Shown here in pieces: positions 19,113-30,100 of a stretch of 64,000 nucleotides of DNA. The translations under genes and the position numbers were made by a program. Source of the stretch: a virus (lineage: Duplodnaviria; Caudoviricetes); the IMG/VR virus record IMGVR_UViG_3300032030_002018, one strand, 5' to 3'. The notes below the pieces were generated by a model that had not been told where the DNA came from, ran no database searches, and saw only the letters and a program-made list of their open reading frames with translations. Numbering within the stretch: the stretch's first letter is position 1; each line of letters opens with the position of its first letter.

Positions 19113-19527
19113 CCTCTACTGTATTATTTACTTCAACAGATTTCTTCTTCCTTGGTTTCTTTGCTTTCTTCTTTGGCTCATCAATAACGAATTGAAGATT
19201 GTATAAACTTTCAATCGGTGTGGTTGAGAACAACTCCTTCAATTCCTCAATCTTAACCTTCAGAAGCTCTATTTTCAAAGCAACATTCTTGTTTGTTGAA
19301 ATCGTGTCGTTAATCAAATCAAACACTTCTTCAAGTGTGACACCCTGTTCTGAATCACCATAGTAGAATATAAAACCATCATCAGACTTCGCAGGCTTAA
19401 CCATACCATTATCAGAAGGATACACTTTCCACCCCTGTGGGAACTTAACCTTTACAATCAAAGCCTTTCCATAATATTCAATTGACTGAAAATACTCTGA
19501 TATCTTTAAAATCTCATCCTGTAACAT
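19093..19527 (-). CDS. Hypothetical protein
   Basis: 144 aa with C-terminal coiled coil and basic tail. Confidence 0.75.
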   Translation of the reverse strand: MLQDEILKISEYFQSIEYYGKALIVKVKFPQGWKVYPSDNGMVKPAKSDDGFIFYYGDSEQGVTLEEVFDLINDTISTNKNVALKIELLKVKIEELKELFSTTPIESLYNLQFVIDEPKKKAKKPRKKKSVEVNNTVEVVDNVG

Positions 19528-19535
19528 AGTGTGAT

Positions 19536-19721
19536 TTAAATAATTAAAACAGTTATAATATATGATATGGCAAGACCAATTGACAATGTTGTCAATAAAC
19601 TTGTATCTACCTTACCCTCACGCAACCTTATCACCTTAATAAAGTTAAACAACCTGTTCAATAAGAACAATATACAGAAAATGAAAACAAAAGTTTTCAA
19701 ACCAATTAAAAACGTAAACAT
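19536..19721 (-). CDS. Small 2-TM membrane protein
   Basis: 61 aa, two hydrophobic helices. Confidence 0.6.
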   Translation of the reverse strand: MFTFLIGLKTFVFIFCILFLLNRLFNFIKVIRLREGKVDTSLLTTLSIGLAISYIITVLII

Positions 19722-19790
19722 TTTTATTAAAAAATAGTGTTAAAATGTTTTAAATAAAGAATTAACAAAGGTTCAAAAAAATAATCTAAT

Positions 19791-19820
19791 AAAAAAACCA
19801 CAAATTTCAATTTGTGGTTT
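19791..19820 (-). terminator. Intrinsic terminator
   Basis: AAACCACAAA/TTTGTGGTTT stem with U-tract on minus strand, immediately after the 19826 stop. Confidence 0.8.
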
Positions 19821-19825
19821 GTTCA

Positions 19826-20218
19826 CTACTGTTGCATTTTGTACTTGTTGTATTCGTCTTCAAGTTCTTTGATACTCATACAGGGTTTTGTAATTATTTC
19901 ACCTGTATCGTAGTTTTTGAGTACCATCACAGAACCGTCTCCATTCGGATAATATATACCGATATTATTGTTTCTCCCTAATTTATCATTGCGATATTTC
20001 AAAAATCTCTCACCTTGCAAGTATTTCTTACCGTGCGGTGAATCAAAAGGTATTTCATTTGATGGTTCATATTTTCCAAAACCTTCTCTACCAATACTAT
20101 AAGCCTTATTCGCAGCTCTGTCAGCCAAGTCTGCCGATATTTCATTCAATACTCTATTTACAGATTTATTCACAATCCTGTGCAAGTCACTCTCTGTTAA
20201 TCTAATTCTCGTTTTCAT
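19826..20218 (-). CDS. Small head-type protein with LTESDLHRIV leader
   Basis: MKTRIRLTESDLHRIVNKSVNRVLNE; GATATTTATA at 20242-20251; own terminator. Confidence 0.8.
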   Translation of the reverse strand: MKTRIRLTESDLHRIVNKSVNRVLNEISADLADRAANKAYSIGREGFGKYEPSNEIPFDSPHGKKYLQGERFLKYRNDKLGRNNNIGIYYPNGDGSVMVLKNYDTGEIITKPCMSIKELEDEYNKYKMQQ

Positions 20219-20259
20219 ATTATATTTTCTTATTTTTTCTTTATAAATATCACGATATT

Positions 20260-20291
20260 TTTGCTTTTGTCAAAATATTTGTGTATATTTG
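20260..20291 (+). promoter_or_regulatory. Bacteroidota sigmaA-type promoter
   Basis: TTTG-N20-TATATTTG upstream of 20311. Confidence 0.7.
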
Positions 20292-20310
20292 TTAAAAAAA
20301 TAATTATGCT

Positions 20311-20919
20311 ATGTGTGTTCTTGGGTATATATACAGTAATAAGAATATAAAGGGTATAAACAAATATATATCGTTAATAAACGACATATCTGATTATAAT
20401 GGCGATAAGCCGTTATTGATAATAGGCTTGGAGAATGCAAGAAAATATTCTGCAAAATTCTCAATATTGAACAAAAGAATAAGTCAAAATGTATTTTGGA
20501 CATTCGATAAAAGCGAGAACCGGGAAGATTATGATAACGACATAAATAAATTTCACAAATTTGTCATATCCAACATATCAAGCCAAATTAAATATTATTA
20601 TGTTAATTTCATTGGTATAAGTTTGAAGAGGATAAAGCATTTCATTAATATGATGAATGACAATACGATGAAATACGCGTATATCAATAACAGTATGGCT
20701 TATATAATGTATGGTAGTGATGTGTTTGGGATATCATTTGATATATTGGATTATTGTGGGATATCAAGGGATAAAATAATAGATAAAATCATAAAGAACA
20801 AAAAGATAAGGATACAGTTTGAAAACAAGGAAATAAGGGATAAAATCAAATATGAATATAATGGAAATAATAAAATAATACCATATTTAATATCGCAAAT
20901 AAATGAATACAGAAATTGA
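20311..20919 (+). CDS. Hypothetical protein
   Basis: 202 aa downstream of promoter. Confidence 0.75.
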   Translation: MCVLGYIYSNKNIKGINKYISLINDISDYNGDKPLLIIGLENARKYSAKFSILNKRISQNVFWTFDKSENREDYDNDINKFHKFVISNISSQIKYYYVNFIGISLKRIKHFINMMNDNTMKYAYINNSMAYIMYGSDVFGISFDILDYCGISRDKIIDKIIKNKKIRIQFENKEIRDKIKYEYNGNNKIIPYLISQINEYRN

Positions 20920-21199
20920 AATACTGATAAGAAGGCTATTAAAATCTTTGGTGAAAAATATAAAATCAAAATATCCATACGTTGAAACAAACGAAGAAGA
21001 TATAACGTTTTTTTTAGAAAGGACAAGAAGGAATTATTCAGTTACAATGGATTGTCACGATTTTTTCAATACATTTTTCTGTCCAATAAAAGATATTGAA
21101 TTTATTGAAAGTTTCTCAGGAAATCCATTTTTAAAGATGATTCTAAAATTGTTGGCTGTTGACAACCCAAAAAAAATAGAAGATTTAGGATTGTATTAA
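20903..21199 (+). CDS. Hypothetical protein
   Basis: 98 aa, followed by terminator. Confidence 0.7.
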   Translation: MNTEIEILIRRLLKSLVKNIKSKYPYVETNEEDITFFLERTRRNYSVTMDCHDFFNTFFCPIKDIEFIESFSGNPFLKMILKLLAVDNPKKIEDLGLY

Positions 21200-21206
21200 T
21201 ACAACA

Positions 21207-21241
21207 AATGAGGAGCCGATTTGACTCCTCATTCTCTTTTT
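21207..21241. terminator. Bidirectional terminator
   Basis: AATGAGGAG-ccgatttga-CTCCTCATT between convergent genes. Confidence 0.8.
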
Positions 21242-22002
21242 CACCTTTCAAGGTTAAGATGTTCGGTAAGTTTGTATTTTTCAGAAGGATTGTAATTCAT
21301 AAGTGACTTAACCCTGTCAAGTTGTTCGTTTATTACCTTTGAACCTAATCTCTTCTGTATGTCTGGTTTTTCTAAATCGTGCCATTCAACAAAATACTTT
21401 GTCTTATCAGCATCCTCCATTATAAACCTACACCCTTCGTACTTATACATATCTGGTACCTTGGAAAGCATATGGTTTTCAGACAGGAATTTCAAATGCT
21501 TGAACCTTATTCTGTCAATGTTTCTTGATTCTCCGTACATAGTCTTCTTTCCATAAGACTTCTTGTCATAATGCTGCGATACAAGACCTTGGAATTGCAT
21601 ATCCTTCTTTATCTTATTTGAATCAACAGCGTGCTTCTTGAAATAAGGTGAAATACCGAAATCAGCGTTTCCAAACTCATCGTTTTTGTGGTTTTTCTTT
21701 GCCAATGCAGATGTCCACCCTTCTGCTTGCGCTTGAAGACGCTCAGTGTCTGGGTCATTGTCATAACGTATGTCAGACATACCCTGATTCTCTTCTGGTG
21801 TTACAGGACCAGTTTTCTTGTCGTCACCATCCTTAATTCCTTTGTAAACGGACTTGACTTCTTTCTCAATATCAGAATAAGCCTTGCCGTTTATATCCTT
21901 GTTCTTTTCGTTGCCAACAACTGGTTTGAATTCATTCTTCTCGTTAATGAATCTCCTTAATTCTCCAACCTTGAAAGTTCTTTCCATTGTAATTATTGCC
22001 AT
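21241..22002 (-). CDS. Putative head core/internal protein
   Basis: 253 aa, charged; ELRRFINE, FLSE, VINEQLDRVKSLMNY, KLTE sites. Confidence 0.6.
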   Translation of the reverse strand: MAIITMERTFKVGELRRFINEKNEFKPVVGNEKNKDINGKAYSDIEKEVKSVYKGIKDGDDKKTGPVTPEENQGMSDIRYDNDPDTERLQAQAEGWTSALAKKNHKNDEFGNADFGISPYFKKHAVDSNKIKKDMQFQGLVSQHYDKKSYGKKTMYGESRNIDRIRFKHLKFLSENHMLSKVPDMYKYEGCRFIMEDADKTKYFVEWHDLEKPDIQKRLGSKVINEQLDRVKSLMNYNPSEKYKLTEHLNLER

Positions 22003-22176
22003 TTAATATAGTGGATATTGAGATAAGTACAACCCTCTAAGTAATTGTTCAAACCTCAATTTTGTTATTTTATTCTTGTCGATTTTCTCTTTACCAATTT
22101 CTTCTTTGAGCATATTGTCAACCTCAATTACACTTTTGATGTTCTCATTCTGCTCTTGGTTAGCATAATCTATCAT
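22003..22176 (-). CDS. Hypothetical protein (57 aa), below ORF-track cutoff
   Basis: MIDYANQEQNENIKSVIEVDNMLKEEIGKEKIDKNKITKLRFEQLLRGLYLSQYPLY*; ATGA overlap upstream, stop abuts next ATG. Confidence 0.7.
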   Translation of the reverse strand: MIDYANQEQNENIKSVIEVDNMLKEEIGKEKIDKNKITKLRFEQLLRGLYLSQYPLY

Positions 22177-22457
22177 TTCTTTCTCTTGTTAACCTCATCA
22201 GTTCCTTCCTCATCAGCGTGCTTTGTGGTCATATTCTTCCTTCCCATAGCAGGAGCGTAGAAACCACGTGTAATTGGCTTTCCCTTGCTCATAGGAGCAT
22301 CATAGTAAGGATAACTGCCATCATTACCAAGACCACAGGTATTTGTAGCACCTCCGCCACCCATAGCACCTTCTCCTTCTTCTCTAATTATCCTCCTGAC
22401 ACTTTCCATTACCATACGGTGAATGTCACTCTCTGTTAATTTAATTCTTCTTTTCAT
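22173..22457 (-). CDS. Small head-type protein with LTESDIHRMV leader
   Basis: MKRRIKLTESDIHRMVMESVRRIIREE followed by a Gly-rich segment. Confidence 0.8.
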   Translation of the reverse strand: MKRRIKLTESDIHRMVMESVRRIIREEGEGAMGGGGATNTCGLGNDGSYPYYDAPMSKGKPITRGFYAPAMGRKNMTTKHADEEGTDEVNKRKK

Positions 22458-22801
22458 TTGAAATAATCATATAAACGATGCATCTTATCTTCAAAGTTCT
22501 TTGAGCATACGGTGTATTTAAGATGATGAATTGATTTCTTCTTCTTTGATTCAGCATCATATCTCTCATCGAACCCTTCTTTCTTTATGACAATACCCCT
22601 ATCAAGCATCCTGTTAAGTATGTCATTCCTACTTATGCCCCTTCCTTTAAGATAATCTGTTGTATCAGCATTGATAGGATTTGACAAAAGTTCCCTTAGG
22701 AATTTCTTGACCTCTGTTTGGAACTTGAAATAAGTCATCTCATCCTTGGAAGAAGACAGAACACCAATCTTATCCTCAGATATGTATATTCTCCTACCCA
22801 T
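22454..22801 (-). CDS. Hypothetical late protein
   Basis: 115 aa, MGRRIYISE leader variant. Confidence 0.75.
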   Translation of the reverse strand: MGRRIYISEDKIGVLSSSKDEMTYFKFQTEVKKFLRELLSNPINADTTDYLKGRGISRNDILNRMLDRGIVIKKEGFDERYDAESKKKKSIHHLKYTVCSKNFEDKMHRLYDYFK

Positions 22802-23003
22802 TCTTCAATGTGCTTGACCACATATTATCTTTCTGCCACAGAATCTTAAACAAATCCTTGATAACATCTGTGGTTATAGCCTTAACAGCCTTTTTGAAAT
22901 CACGTGAAGAATACATACTGTCAATCTCACTTGATACAACAGAACGCACATCAGACTTATTCAACTCCTCCCTAATTATACTACGTATTCTCCTATTATT
23001 CAT
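22794..23003 (-). CDS. Small head-type protein
   Basis: MNNRRIRSIIREELNKSDVRSVVSSE; GATATTTATA at 23024-23033. Confidence 0.75.
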   Translation of the reverse strand: MNNRRIRSIIREELNKSDVRSVVSSEIDSMYSSRDFKKAVKAITTDVIKDLFKILWQKDNMWSSTLKNG

Positions 23004-23042
23004 ATATAAAGACTATTTTTTAATATAAATATCACAATTATC

Positions 23043-24137
23043 CTAAAATGTGTAATTTACGACAATTTTTCTTTCTTTATCGTTTTTCAATATAACAGTT
23101 CCAAACTGTGTTTCCTCTTTAGTTTCCGCTATAAGTTGTATTTCACACATATCATTATGTAAATTCACTGAAACTTCATCAGGGTTGTAATAATCCACAC
23201 TATATCCGTATTCATCATTAGTTGTTATATTCCTTGACACTATATCAAGCATATATATAATGCCATCAGTGAATCCTGTTGAACAATCAGTGTATCCGTT
23301 GTCAAAATACCCATATTTACGTCCGTCAATGATACAATAGAACTCATCATATTCAACATCGTCGTATTCCTTTTCCAAAACAACATCAACAGCGTCATAA
23401 TCATTCTCTATTGTTATGACGCATTTATCAGTATTCAAATTAAACAACCCTACATTCAATGTGTCGTTATTAGGTTTTACAACCACTATATTATCCTTTG
23501 TTGAATACCTGAAATCAATAAACCTGTCATTTACAGACGATGTGACCTTAATAGTATATAAGTTCTTTCCACTATGTATTATAGATACAGATAAATATTG
23601 GCTGTTATCTTCCTCTTTCTGCCTTACGTATATCTTCTTGTCTTCCAACTCAGATGAAATTACAAAGTAATAAGAATCATCAGGACTACCAGAAAAATCA
23701 TAGCCAATTGTAAAATTACATTTTGAAACAACCATTATCTTATTATCTCCAATATCAAAAGCCGCGAACTTGTCAATAAAATAATTGGAAATCCTGTATT
23801 CAACATCAGCTGAAACAGATACAATATCAATAGTTCCGTCACCATACAAATCAACACTATCCCTGTCACACATTAATGACTTCTTACTTGATGAACCAAT
23901 ATAAATGACTTTTATACAGTTAGTTAAACCATAATAGAATGTAACGGAACCGGTTGTATATTTCAACAACCCGTCCGTTATCACATCTATTGTATCTGAT
24001 ATCAACTCACCATTTGATTGTGGTTCTCCACAGCCTTTGCTTAATCTGAAATTACCGTTTACGACAGCGTACCATTTAGTGTTTGTTGATATAGATATCA
24101 CACCATTATTATTATATGTAGCGTTAAAATATTCCAT
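23043..24137 (-). CDS. Putative tail accessory protein with Ig/BACON-like beta domains
   Basis: 364 aa, beta-rich, ISISTNTKW start resembles BACON; last gene of the tail operon. Confidence 0.55.
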   Translation of the reverse strand: MEYFNATYNNNGVISISTNTKWYAVVNGNFRLSKGCGEPQSNGELISDTIDVITDGLLKYTTGSVTFYYGLTNCIKVIYIGSSSKKSLMCDRDSVDLYGDGTIDIVSVSADVEYRISNYFIDKFAAFDIGDNKIMVVSKCNFTIGYDFSGSPDDSYYFVISSELEDKKIYVRQKEEDNSQYLSVSIIHSGKNLYTIKVTSSVNDRFIDFRYSTKDNIVVVKPNNDTLNVGLFNLNTDKCVITIENDYDAVDVVLEKEYDDVEYDEFYCIIDGRKYGYFDNGYTDCSTGFTDGIIYMLDIVSRNITTNDEYGYSVDYYNPDEVSVNLHNDMCEIQLIAETKEETQFGTVILKNDKERKIVVNYTF

Positions 24138-27100
24138 TAGTAATTGATTTGTAAGAATGGTCTTGCTCTTAAATGCTCAACCCTATCTTTTTTATGTATT
24201 CTACCGTGTTCAAAATCAACTGCCCAACAATGAGATTCATTTTTATCACGCCTCCAGTTTGGAGTTGATGTCCAATATTCACCTCCGTTAACATTAATCT
24301 GTGATTCAACTCCCTTTTCCTTGACTATTTGATTATTAATCAACAGCAAATTATATATAACACATCCCATCTCGCCAACACTCGGTAAGTACCAATCACC
24401 CTTCTTTGTGTTCTTTGTCTTATACTCGTGACAAGCTCGCAATGGATATATTTCATTTGCAAGTATTTCACGGCAAGAATCACCGTTGAATATTCTGTTG
24501 TCTTCTCTGCATTTTGAAGCGATACTTCCATCAATATGAGCAAGACAGTTATCCTCATCGACAATCCAATGATATTTTACCGAACCATTATTCTTGCATT
24601 CTTCATCGTTAAAATCAGAATCAGACCTTTGATAATGCTTTATATACCCATCATTTATCTTACCGTTAGACTTGAATGGAATTGGGGAGTTATTCGCCCC
24701 ACCATTATAGTAAATAGGAATGCCTCCTTCAGAACCTACATATGTCGTCATACCATAAGCTGGTGAACCTTTATGGCCTAAATGAGAACTTCCTTTACTT
24801 TCACGGTTTCCGTCTACTCCTGTACAAGTTTTAATATCACTACCTGTAATAGTTCCTATTACAAGACTGTAATCATATAATCCACCAACCATTGTATGCC
24901 AATCGTGGTCATTGTATCTTGAAGAAGTAAACTTTCCTACCACAGAATTATTATCATACCTTGCATCTTCAAGCGATACAACCCTTGCCTTTGAATCGCT
25001 GCTTATAGCACCCTGTGGTATTACAAGAATACCAACAGCACTCGCATTTGAAGGTGTGTCATCTCCATTTACCCTATCAACGAAGTATTGCGTAACTCCA
25101 TCATTTCCAACATAATATACGTCACCAATATTAGGCTCTACCTGTTCCTGTGTTATGAACAGTTTTATCTCCTTACCAGATTCATCCTGTTTAAATATAA
25201 CATATCCATTCCTTGTTCCCCTCTTGGTGTTCTTGTCAATGAACAATGTATAATATCCATTATCACTTGAAGGTGACGTTATACTTACCTTAATCCAATT
25301 TGCAGAAGTGCTTTTAACTTTGAATGATTGACGTTTGTCACCAAATTTACTTATAATCTTATACTCCTCAGTGCCATTGTTTTTGACTTGTTTTTCAGTC
25401 TTATGATAACTAATGCCGTCAATACTGCACTCGGTTATATTATCCCTAAATGTGAATGTGTAATCAGAAGGAGTCTGCCTTATCTCATACACAAATGAAC
25501 CGACATTGGCAAGACCGTCAAAAGCGGTGAATGTTATAAACCCAGTTCTCTTTGATTTGCTCTCGTTCTCTAAAACAACAATGTTGTATTGAGTTGAAGT
25601 CAAAGATGAAGAAACAACACTCTCATTAATCCAACTTAATCCCTGGTCACTGACAGTTACAGTTAGACCATTTATCACACTTCTCTCAACTCCCAATATT
25701 GAAGATTCATCATTGACTGGTATCGAAGTTGAATTAGCGTTCAATTCATAACTAACAGTAGTTTTCTGACGTATCACATTAATTTGCGCATTACCACCAT
25801 TATCATCAAAATCATATGAATACTCGTCGTCACCGTCAATCCTGAAATCATATGTAACGTCTCCTTCTATACCATCACCGTCAACAGTTGCTGTGATTGC
25901 ATCAGGTGCGTTGTAAGCCATTCTTGTGTATGTTATGACATATTCATTGCCTTCGTATTTATCCACTGTCAGAGTGCCTGTATCGCAATTATATGTATCA
26001 TTGTCAATATCTCCTGATGCTATCAGTGTATCGCCGTCTTTCAATTCAAATGTCCTTAATATGAAGTAATTCGTATTCAATGTGTAAGACACTGTTTCCT
26101 CATCGAACCTCTGTGCGAATTTGACGATATCTGAATTGTCTTCCGATGACACTTTGAATGTTGCGTATTTAAATCCTTGAAGTGTATTAGGACTTATATC
26201 AAACCTTATATCCCAATCATTCGTGCCAAGAATCCTTGATGGTTGATAATAATTCTCAACCATATTTTTATCGTCTTCAAGTACTTCAAGATAAGGTGTC
26301 GGACTAGTTACTGTTTCAATTGTCTCAAACACTATCTCACCGCCATTATGCACAATACCCGTTTCTGCATTGTTTGTCTTATACTGTGTCGTTGTTTTCT
26401 GTGAGTTAACAGTAACTGTAACTGTTCCTCCACTGTAATCAATATCAACGTATCGGTTGCTTCTGATATTAAGGTCTGATGCAGAAGATTCCTCTCCAAC
26501 CTTAACAACATAGCTTGGCTCTGCGTTCTTTTTGTCCATCTTCACCTTGCAAAAACCTTGTTCAATTCTACCCATAACTTTCCAACTGTCATTAATGAAG
26601 AACATAACTGGTTGGTCTTCACAACCTTCATCACCTTTAACGATGAATATGTACTCTTCTTGTCCTGCATATCTATATTCAACCTCGCATATTGCGTCTG
26701 ATGGAATCATCTGTTCAACATAAGGCATTACAATGGAATCAATATATTTTATTTCCTCCAATGAACCCTTGTCATAATGTGTATCAGGATTCTTTATATT
26801 GAACGTTATCTTCATTCTTTTTGTGTTGATTATTTGATTTGTAATGCCATCAACCTCTCTCTCTTCTCCAAACTTATTATAAGGTGGAATTACTTGGAGA
26901 TTGTACTTACTTGAATCATTGACATCAATATGCTCATTCTCATATTCATAATTAATGCCGTCAACACCAATTTTATTTCCGAAATAATGAGTCTTGGTAT
27001 CTTCAACAAGAAAATCATCATAGTTAACATTACATATGTCATCATTTATAATTCCCTTGAAACCAACGTCATATAATTCACTTACATCAATACCATAAGC

Positions 27101-30100
27101 ATTCAGATAATCATAATTGAACAAATCAGAGTCGTAAGAATGCCTGAACAATCGTCTGAAATATGTAAGATATTCGTGTCCGTTATCATAAGACATATTA
27201 CCCTTATGTGGATTGTTTCCAAGATTATCGTCTTGAACTGTATTCAACAGGTAATAGTAATAATCGCTGTCTGAAAGCTGTTGCCATCCGTTTGCGCTTA
27301 TCTCGTCAATATAGTCAATGCTGTTAAGTTTGAAATAATGTGTGTAATTATCTCCAGGCATATATTTACCATCCTTGAACAATGTGAATGTTGTTATTGA
27401 ATAAGCGTCAGAATATGCCTTTATGACATAATTGTCATTTTCTTCCATTATATAAACCCTTATGTCAATTCCATTGAAATCTCCGTTTCCTATGTTATAC
27501 CTTATCTCGCCGCTTGGTGAATAAGGCGTGCTGACAATTATGTAATCTTCGAACAACGCTTTTCCAATTGACACTGTATTGTAGTATGGAGTTATTGATA
27601 CATAATGATATACATAGTCATCAACAGTTTCCTCCTGTATGTCGTATACAATACCGTCTATTATTGCATAAGGTTTTGACAAGTCTTTGACATAATATAT
27701 GATATTATCGTGCAGTGATGAAGCGTATAGAGATAAAAGTTCATTTATTCCTTCAACACTTTTGATAGTATTGACCGTTTCCTTGTTGAGTGACCTGTTA
27801 TCTATGCTTTCCCTTGTAAGTATATTATTGTCATTATCAAACACGAAAGGCGTGGAACTAATCCATCCACCGTTCATCTGATAATACACATTGCCGTCGT
27901 ATATGTTGTATTGGTTGAAATCAGGGTATATATATCTTGTATGTACAGGATTACCATTTGATTTGTCAACATAAGCTTCTTCAGGGTCTGTTGTTGTACC
28001 TTCCCCATCGTTCTTATCATATTCTATGTCTGACAATCTGAAAGAAGCCATAAGACCCTGATATGGAACATATTCTCCATTCTTGCTCTCTATTGTGTCA
28101 TATGATATGGTTTTAGCCTTATTGCAGGAATCATATTCATAACCATTGATGAGGCTATTCCAGGGGTCTCTTATCCTGTGTGTGAATAATGTGTACTCAC
28201 TTATATCATAATCCCATTTACCATATGACAATGAATCGTATTTCTTCTTCTCATATTCAGGCAATGCGTCGTACCACCTCTTGCTCTTCATTCCGAACAT
28301 AGCGAGAATCATCTCAACACCTTCAATTGTTCCCTTATGTCTCAATATATATGGTGAATTTATTATAAGGCGTTTGTAGAACTCATTGTTTACATCATTC
28401 ATATTCCAATGCAAGTCGGAAGAATAGTTCTTTATCCTCTTTAGAATTCTCTTTTCGTGTGATGACTTCCTTCCGCATATTGGACATTCGTCAAACTTTT
28501 CCTTGTTGAAATACCCACACCAATTGCACTTATAATAATCAGACGTGTAATAATCTCCTTCAATATCTTTCTCAACACAATCACCGTCAATATCCACATA
28601 GTCCTTGTCAAACTTTATTATACCATATTCATCACTGCACACCAAACCAGAAGATGATTCCGACGGTATCACTATTGAAGATTGGTTTTGTCCACCAATG
28701 TTAATTGTCTGAATATCTTCGTTTACATCAAGTTTGCAGTCAACGCCTGATAAGTTGTGGCATCCATAGAAATATCCGTTTTTCCACACGTCAAGTTCCC
28801 TTGAATAAGGTTTCACTTCCAAGTCAGTCATTTGATAGAAATCCCTGTTCAGTTTCATCCCTTGGAAAGCGTTACTTTTCTCTTCTTCCTCTGTTGCACC
28901 AGATACCTCATTCTTATAATCACCTGCATATTCATACAATTTCAATGGGGTTACATTCCTCAAATCCCAACCGAAATCATCAAGTTTATCAGTAAAGAAG
29001 TAGTCAGGCAAGTTGTTTGAATTATCATATGTTATGGTATTGAAATGGGAAAGGCTGTCAGCATATCCCTTTATCTCATCGAATTCCCTTCCGAACAACC
29101 TTATTGTGTCAGTAATCTTTGAGTTTCCATAATATAGTTCCTCCTCTTCTGTATCAACCCTCTTTTCATATGTCCAGTCGAAATTCTTGATTGCCTCGTG
29201 AGTCAAGGAACGATAAAGGTTGTCTGAGAAACGCTCATCATAGAAAGAAGCCAATGAAGACAAACGTGAAACATACGTCTCAAACTCCATACCACTGCTT
29301 CCCAAGTTATACCCACCGTAAGAAGTAGGGAATGTAAACCTCTCTATTGTGTTCATATACCCTTCTTCATTCTCAACGGCAACATTGAAAAGAACAGTGT
29401 ATTTAGGTTCTGACTTGTCATTAAGGAGAACTTTCTCAAAAGAATCCAAACTATCAACAAACGCGTCGTAGAACTTTTCCTTTGGACGAGCGAAAGCAAT
29501 GTATTTCTTGGATATGTCACCTGCTGTTTCATAATCCATAAAGTACAGATATTCAGAACCTTCACCCTTATATACCTTTATGTTGAATTTATCCTCACTG
29601 GTCACTTCTGAAGAAGTTACATCAAGACTGAAATTTTCAGTACTGGCACTTATGTCAATTGACTGCGTTTCAGGAAATTCACAGGATGAGTCAATCACGC
29701 CAATACCAACTTCTCCAATCTTGTCACCAAGACAGGGAACAAAGTCAGCAGATATCATATCCACTAATGCTTCCAATGGTTCTACAACATATTCCTCACC
29801 AGGAGATAATACAACTGTTTTAACTCCTTCATAATGAACTTCATCGTTTCCTTCAACTGTGCCGTAGGATATGCTGTATTTTACAGATATAGGACTTGTA
29901 TGTGAAGAACCTGATATATGCCTTATTGTATTATTTTGTCTATCTATATCTATATATGATTCAGCGTTATCTAACGGTTTATAAGATATGTTATGTGTGT
30001 TTCCGCTGTTGTCTATCGCCTCATAGTTGTTAAAACCGACATTTGTGAAATACTTCAATGGATTTTTAGACGTAATCTCAGTTGAAATATCAACATCGTG

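Noticed and set aside
24137-24400. Complete diversity-generating retroelement
   Set aside because: Only a target-like fold; no template repeat, RT or downstream hairpin seen in the window.
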